From assembly GCF_009914755.1 (NCBI RefSeq), contig NC_060934.1: a stretch of DNA of 64,000 nucleotides; one strand, 5' to 3'. Made by a program: the position numbers and the translations under genes. Position 1 is the first letter of the stretch; the number at the start of each line of letters is the position of its first letter. The notes under the pieces were generated by a model. The model made no database searches, was not told the DNA's origin, and was given only the letters and a program-made list of their open reading frames with translations. Shown one piece after another: positions 57,554-64,000 of the stretch. Source of the stretch: the human T2T-CHM13v2.0 reference genome, Homo sapiens.

Positions 57554-60350
57554 TTTGTCTACTTTGTATATAAACTCCTGCCTGCTTTGACCTCTATCTG
57601 CCAGACACAGCCAGCTTCATCAGACATGTCTTATTTTATATTAGTTACAGTGGCAAACTCTTAAAAACTTAACAATGAATAAGAAAGCTATATCCTAATA
57701 TTCCTGTATTGAAAGCATATAATCATGAAGAAGTTTAAAAAATTTCCCACAGTTAGAAAACTCCATTTATAAGTAGATTTTGACAAATATTGCTCCTTAT
57801 ACTGTTATTATACAATGTAACTATCAATAGCAATTTATACACTTATTTTTACTTTCCATCATCATAAGAATATTTTTTTAGACAAGGTCATGCATTGTCA
57901 TTGTATGTCAGAAACACAGTCGAAACGTCCAAACTCATAAACACACTTTCTTTAAGTGTTGTTTGTTGAGTAAACTTTTAACATGCATCTCAACTGTGGA
58001 AAGCCCAAATCAATATGCCTTTGACCTGGTACCAGTAGGAGGAAGGTGTTAATTACCATGTTGCCATGAGGTTTATGAACTGGCATTAACATCTCAGCAG
58101 GAGCAAAAGTGGCACAATAGCAACTTCTGAGAATGGATGAAGGAAAGCATCATTACATACAGATTTGTTTCCAGTAAGAAAACGTCATGCTTTTTATTTT
58201 AGGGGTACTGAACAAATGTTATTTTTAAAGGACATTATGCTATTAGTAGCATAACTATCTTGCCATCTTTATGATCTGTGTAATTAAAACACAAATACTC
58301 CTTGGTGTAGCAATTCAAGGAAAGTATTTGGTTAATATGTTAATTCATCTTTTAAATCTATTATAGCCATGCTGCAGTCAGCACTTTTAAGGTTTAGTGA
58401 ACACAGCTGCATTTTGAGAACAGTCCCAGCAAGGTTGAGAAACTAATTGCCCTCAGTATCTATTTAAATTATTTTTAAAAATCTTTTCAAGAATTGTAAA
58501 TGTACTGTTTTCTGAATGCAACATCTACATACTCCAAAGTTCGTTTTTTCAAATTAATCATTTTGGCCAATTTTCCTGATAGAATCCATGCTAAGAGGGT
58601 TCTGTTTAGAAAATTTGGTTTAGAGCCATCAGGGAAATCTTAATGAGAAATCTAAGCATTTTAGGTCAGAGACTCTGGAAAAGTTTTGGATATTACTTAT
58701 TCAGTGAAAAATAATAAGAACCGTGTATATTTAAAACATTTTCGGAGCCACATACTTTAGAGTTAAGTATTAACTGAAGCTTTTTTATGAAAAAAAGTTA
58801 TGGCCTGCCTGAATTCTAATGGTAAATGAAAGGAACAAGAGATTAAAATGATAGGATTACAGGACATGGTTCATGATTGGTTTAAAATGAATGAGCAGGA
58901 GCGTTAATAACTTAGCCTGTGCCAGTTGTGGCCAGATTATTTAATATATATCTGTGTATCAGGTGAACAAAGGCCAAAAGTATTTGCAAATATGGTGCCA
59001 TCTAAACGTGATACTGCTTCTGCGAAAAAGGACGATTTTTTTTGAGTCATCGTTGAAGGAAGGGAGAAATCATAACTTTACAACGGAAACCTAGCTGATG
59101 TTAATTTCTGAAAATATTTCTGAAAAAAACAAGTTAATTAACATGTGTATAAGTAATGAATGAGTTCCACATGTAAATATTGTAACCTAAATTATTATCA
59201 GCATTTTTTTGCAAAAATTCTTATTCTAATAGAATATTCTTCTCTTATATATCTTGAGTGCATATCACACATTCTTCCATTTTAATCACAAAAATAGAAT
59301 TTATAAAGGCTAATTTTATAAACTTTACAAAGGGTGTTAATAAATAATCTATGACAATTTTTTGAAGGAACCAAATTATTTAGTAAGGAATTATTTGTAG
59401 GTTGTTTCATTTTATACCAGTCCCTGGTACATCTTTATTTCATCAAAACAGTTTAATTTAATATATTTTTTCTAGAACATACTTTAATAAAGAGGAACTT
59501 CTTTAGAATTAGCTAGAACATAAAAAATAGAATTAATAGAACACAAAACAAAAAATTATTTTAATGTTCTCATTTAGCTTAATGCAGTATTTACGTTAGT
59601 ATAGTAATGAGATTGTCATTTATAAAAAAATCAAATGAAGCCAAGAGAAAACAATGTTTAGGGAACAAAAGAACATTAAAAATACTTTGGTTTCAAAGTT
59701 AGTGTTTTAAATGGGATGAATATAATGGTATGTACTTAGACATAACTTTATTTAATTAAATAATTATTTTAATTTTTGCTACTTAAGTATGTATTGTCAT
59801 TTGAGAAAAAAATGATTATATTTTGATATAAGACTATAAATTTCTTAAGACTCAGGATCATACTTTACAACTCATTTTTACTTTCTCCTCTCCTCTGCTC
59901 TTCTCCTGAAGGTCGTAAGCATCTAGCTCACCAGTTTGCACATCTTAGGCATTCTTCCAATATTGGGTTTTATATTTAAAAGAACCATCAGATAAACTGG
60001 ATTTTGTCCTTAGTGAACAAATAGCCTGTGAACACTGAATACCAGGTCAGGTGCATGACAGGTGTTAAATCAGTGCTTGCTAAATCCAAAAACTTGCCTT
60101 TTTCCTAGTACAGACTTTCCTTGGCCGTAGTATTGATCTCATACAAGGGAATAGGAAAAAACATCCATGATTCATTTTGCATAATTACTGTATTCTAAAG
60201 TTAAATAGTTGTAGATTTTGTCTAGTTTAGACTCTGGTACTAAAACTACCAAATTGTTTGAATTCCTATTAGACTTTGGATGGGAAAGTAGTAATACTTC
60301 GCAGTTTTTGCATTAAAATTCTGAATTTTTTTCCCTTTGGTGTATGAAAG

Positions 60351-60503
60351 CTGAAAATAGAAAACTTTTTCATGAACAAGAGGTTGAAAAGTGCCTTGTA
60401 GCCCTTTTGGGTTCTGAAAATGATGGAACTAAAATTGCTGCTTCCCAAGCTATTTCAGCAATGTGTGAGAATTCAGGCAGCAAAGATTTTTTCAATAATC
60501 AGG
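60351..60503 (+). CDS. ARMC3: ARMC3 exon 9 (PENRKLFHEQEVEKCLVALLGSENDGTKIAASQAISAMCENSGSKDFFNNQ)
   Basis: Acceptor tatgaaAG, 153 nt, donor AGG|GTAAGT, phase 1 to 1. Lies within ORF 60344..60541. Confidence 0.92.
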
Positions 60504-60605
60504 GTAAGTCAACTGGAAACAATTCTTTTGAGCATTTTTAGGTTACCGTATTTTAGTGCACATGGGCATTTTAAAAGTCACATTTTTACCTTTCTCTTTC
60601 TGTAG

Positions 60606-60711
60606 GGATTCCACAGTTAATTCAGTTGCTAAAAAGTGACAATGAAGAGGTACGGGAAGCAGCAGCTCTAGCCCTGGCAAACCTAACCACTTGCAACCCT
60701 GCTAATGCAAA
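60606..60711 (+). CDS. ARMC3: ARMC3 exon 10 (GIPQLIQLLKSDNEEVREAAALALANLTTCNPANA); gene continues beyond the window
   Basis: Follows a 102-nt intron. Acceptor ctttctgtAG, 106 nt, donor AAA|GTAAGT. Textbook ARM repeat GIPQLIQLL.S.NEEV.EAAA.AL.NL. Confidence 0.95.
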
Positions 60712-61110
60712 GTAAGTTCAGAGATCCTCACCCAGCACTGACTTGTGGGACAATTCACAGTCCAAGATGTTCTCCTGTTAGTATATTGACTTTCACGATA
60801 GTCTATGAATTTCTTCAGATGGTCTATCTTGGGGTTATTCTTCAGAATCCCTTATGAAACAGAATCATCAGATGGGTCTGTTTTCCAAAAATATTACAAA
60901 ATCTTTACTGTTTCTGAGTTTGTTGGGAAAATGTGCAGGCCATTTGATTTCAGGGACCAAGAGGACTCTTGTAGAAGCTTCTGCAAATAAGACTGAATAA
61001 TGCTGGAAATGTTAAAGACAAGATCGGATGAGCATTTGATAAATCTGGAAAAATGCTTAAAGATCCATCTTAAAAGGGTATAAACATTAGATAATATAGA
61101 AACATTTAAA

Positions 61111-61411
<301 letters not shown>

Positions 61412-63313
61412 AAAGCATATTATGGGCAAATACTGTGAAGAAAAGTTAAGGAATAGGAATGCCTTCTATATCCCAAGCACTCTGGTGTGTAATTTATACT
61501 CATTTTAAAAATTATCAAAATAATCTGCCAGCAGTTGAGGAAACTGAGACTTTTCAAGCTTACTTAATTTTCCCAGGTACACATTTTTATCGAAATAGCT
61601 GAGCTGGAAATCGATGCAGGTCTGTCAGACTCCAAAGTCTGTGTTCTTTCCTCTACAGGAGATTAAGACTGCCTTATAAGACAGTAAGAATTTATTGAAG
61701 GCAGCTTCCATAAATAAAATAATTATTTGCCCTGCCTCCATCTCATTTGGTATGTTAGTTAGCTTTCATTTATTATTGCTTTGTGATATCATGGCTAAAA
61801 TTACCCTTTTTCTAACTTGAACTAAATCTCCCTCTGCCTCCATCACATACTTAATAGTTCTTAGCCTTTCTTTCCCTTTCTATTCTCCCACACAAATTAT
61901 AAGATCCTAATGCAATGACTACAAATCTAACTGCCTGATAAAAACATAAGAGGAATGCATTAAGTGTCAAAACAAAACTGTGTTCCTTTAATAGCTACAA
62001 TCTTTGACACAGTAATTTCCTAAATTAAGGGTCATCATTATCTCTATGAAAGCATGCAAATTTCTGGAATATTGAGTCCTTCTAAGTAGCAGTTTGAAAA
62101 TAGCATATTCAGTGGTTTTTCCAGTATGGTCACATGGTGCAAAAAAAAATCTTATCAGAGACACTAAACCATTTCTCGCTCCAGTCCATTTACATTTGTA
62201 TATGATCTAGAATACTTTTAACAGGCCTCCAGAGTGTATAGGTGTCTTGATTTGATGTGAATTTGCCTGGCCTACATTTTTTGCTTTATTTTACATAAAA
62301 TCATAGAAAATTAGGATGGTAAGTAGTTCTAAAAGGGACTTCCTTCAGATTATCTTTCTCAGTTTAATTATCTATTTTACAGATTTTTGTCATCTGACTC
62401 CTAGTTCCATTTTGTTACCATAGAAAGGTCAGTCAGGACTAAATGATGCCCGACTTCTCTACTACAGTCAACTTTAGTTACATAATATAATTTTATTCTT
62501 GTAAGTTTTTAATTGCAGTTATTTCTTTAACCTATTATATACTGTCCATTCTGTTTTTTTTAAATTTTGTATTTTGTAAGGGAAATGGAACATGAATGAA
62601 AGTGGCTTTCTGAATATTCCTTGAGGTCTATATAATTTTTACTTGGGATTTTCTGAGCTAAAAAATATTGAAGATGAATGCTTTTGAGGAGGATATGGAA
62701 TCAAATTTGACAGATTTATGCCAAATGCTGAAGACTGAGGTTGCAAAAGATTCTGGAGTCAATCAAAAGGAATGAACACGAATAAACCACATAGTCCTTC
62801 TAGAAGCCTCCTTGAGTTTAATTAGTAATGCCAAATATAACAGAAGTGACTACAAATGTGATTGGTTATTGTTAATAACATAATTTTCTACTCAGATCGT
62901 CTTTTAAAAATTGTTAGCTTAAACTCAGCATTGGTGAGTATTTCTGGCATCACTTTTAGTAGCGGTCCATTCAATCATTTCCCCAGGAAGCATCGTGGCT
63001 TTGCTGCTGGGGTGGTTGGAATCAAGGTTTTCTAATTATTTTTCTGTCATACATAAGTAGCATAGGAGACAAAAGCCCAGAGTTAACTTCCTCCAGGTGC
63101 ATTTGATAGATGTTTGAATATCTGATCATTGCTATCCTAATTTTTAAAAATGCACATAAGTGTTGCAAATACTAATTTCGTGTAGTTAAAACGTAACCCT
63201 TCTCCTACACGCATATCTTAATGTGCCTAAAGTGAATTTTTAAACTCTAATTATTAAACTCAGGGCATCTTCTGGAATTGGAGGCTCATTTCATGCATTG
63301 AGTAATCGCTGGT

Positions 63314-63327
63314 GTTGTCATGGTAAC
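63314..63327. promoter_or_regulatory. Intronic RFX X-box-like palindrome
   Basis: GTTGTCATGGTAAC, one mismatch from GTTGCCATGGTAAC, in apparently non-repetitive intron 10 sequence. Confidence 0.55.
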
Positions 63328-63892
63328 ATATAATGTTGGTGCAATTTCCTTTATGTAATAGGTTTTTGCTTGGAAAATTGTGGGTAGATCAAAATTTTCT
63401 AAATTAAATAATCAACACAGGGAAGGAGAAATGTACTTGTGGTAACGCTTTTTGTAAAACTAACAAATGCTTTTTTTAATTAAAATCTTTTTGTAATCTA
63501 AAAATAGAATTTTATAATCTTTATGTAAATTAATTTATAGTCTAATGTATCTGATTTCAGATTTTCACACATCTTGCTTTCTCATAACAAAAAAACACAC
63601 TCAAATATAATAAAATAGTATGATGATGAGCAATTTTAGTAGCAATCATAAATAAATAATCAGACCATTCATAGCCCTATGTAGAAGATTTTCAACTTTA
63701 TTGAAGTAATCTGATCATCACCTTAATTGATGCCAAAAGATCTTACCCATTTGGTATTCATGAATGAGGTTTCTTAGATACTCAAGTTTAGTGGATTTTT
63801 AAAAATTTACTTTTTTAATCCAAAAAAACTTTTAAAAATTTGCGATAAATTTGAATTAAAATCTTCTAAAATCCTTCCTTCTCAACCTTCTG

Positions 63893-64000
63893 TTTTTTTT
63901 TTAGACAGGGTGTCACTTTATTGCCCAGGCTGAAGTGCAATGGTACAATCGTAGCTCACTGCAGCCTAAACCTCCTGAGCTCAAGCGATCCTCCTGCCTC
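63893..64000 (-). mobile_element. Alu (AluJ-like), antisense, truncated by the window end
   Basis: Poly-T followed by the reverse right arm. Confidence 0.88.

Overview
This is primate (human-like) genomic DNA carrying the 5' half of ARMC3 (armadillo repeat containing 3, a cilia/sperm-flagellum gene) on the + strand. I reconstructed a CpG-island promoter with a canonical RFX X-box, a non-coding exon 1 (donor at 7118) and nine coding exons (2-10). They splice in phase into 1,175 nt of open frame (MGKKIKKEVEPPPKDV|FDPLMIESKK...NLTTCNPANA), and the gene continues past the window end. The rest is ordinary eukaryotic repeat content: about 26 Alu elements or fragments, young and old L1, L2/MIR, MaLR/ERV-L LTRs with an ERV-L integrase remnant, a MER3, and simple repeats. 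Nearly all ORFs in the supplied track are Alu/L1 artefacts. I found no convincing new multi-gene system. The most interesting signals concern splicing and DNA repair. Exon 4 is an in-frame, one-ARM-repeat-sized exon that recreates a strong 5' splice site on ligation (recursive-splicing/RS-exon candidate). The exon 6 acceptor is a fourfold tandem NAG. The exon 8 donor spans a CpG, and an Alu target-site duplication begins 2 nt into that intron. There is a second, intronic X-box. I also found a 27-bp templated insertion, two local duplications, and reciprocal trimer/monomer Alu recombination products. Repeat boundaries and subfamily calls are by eye and approximate.
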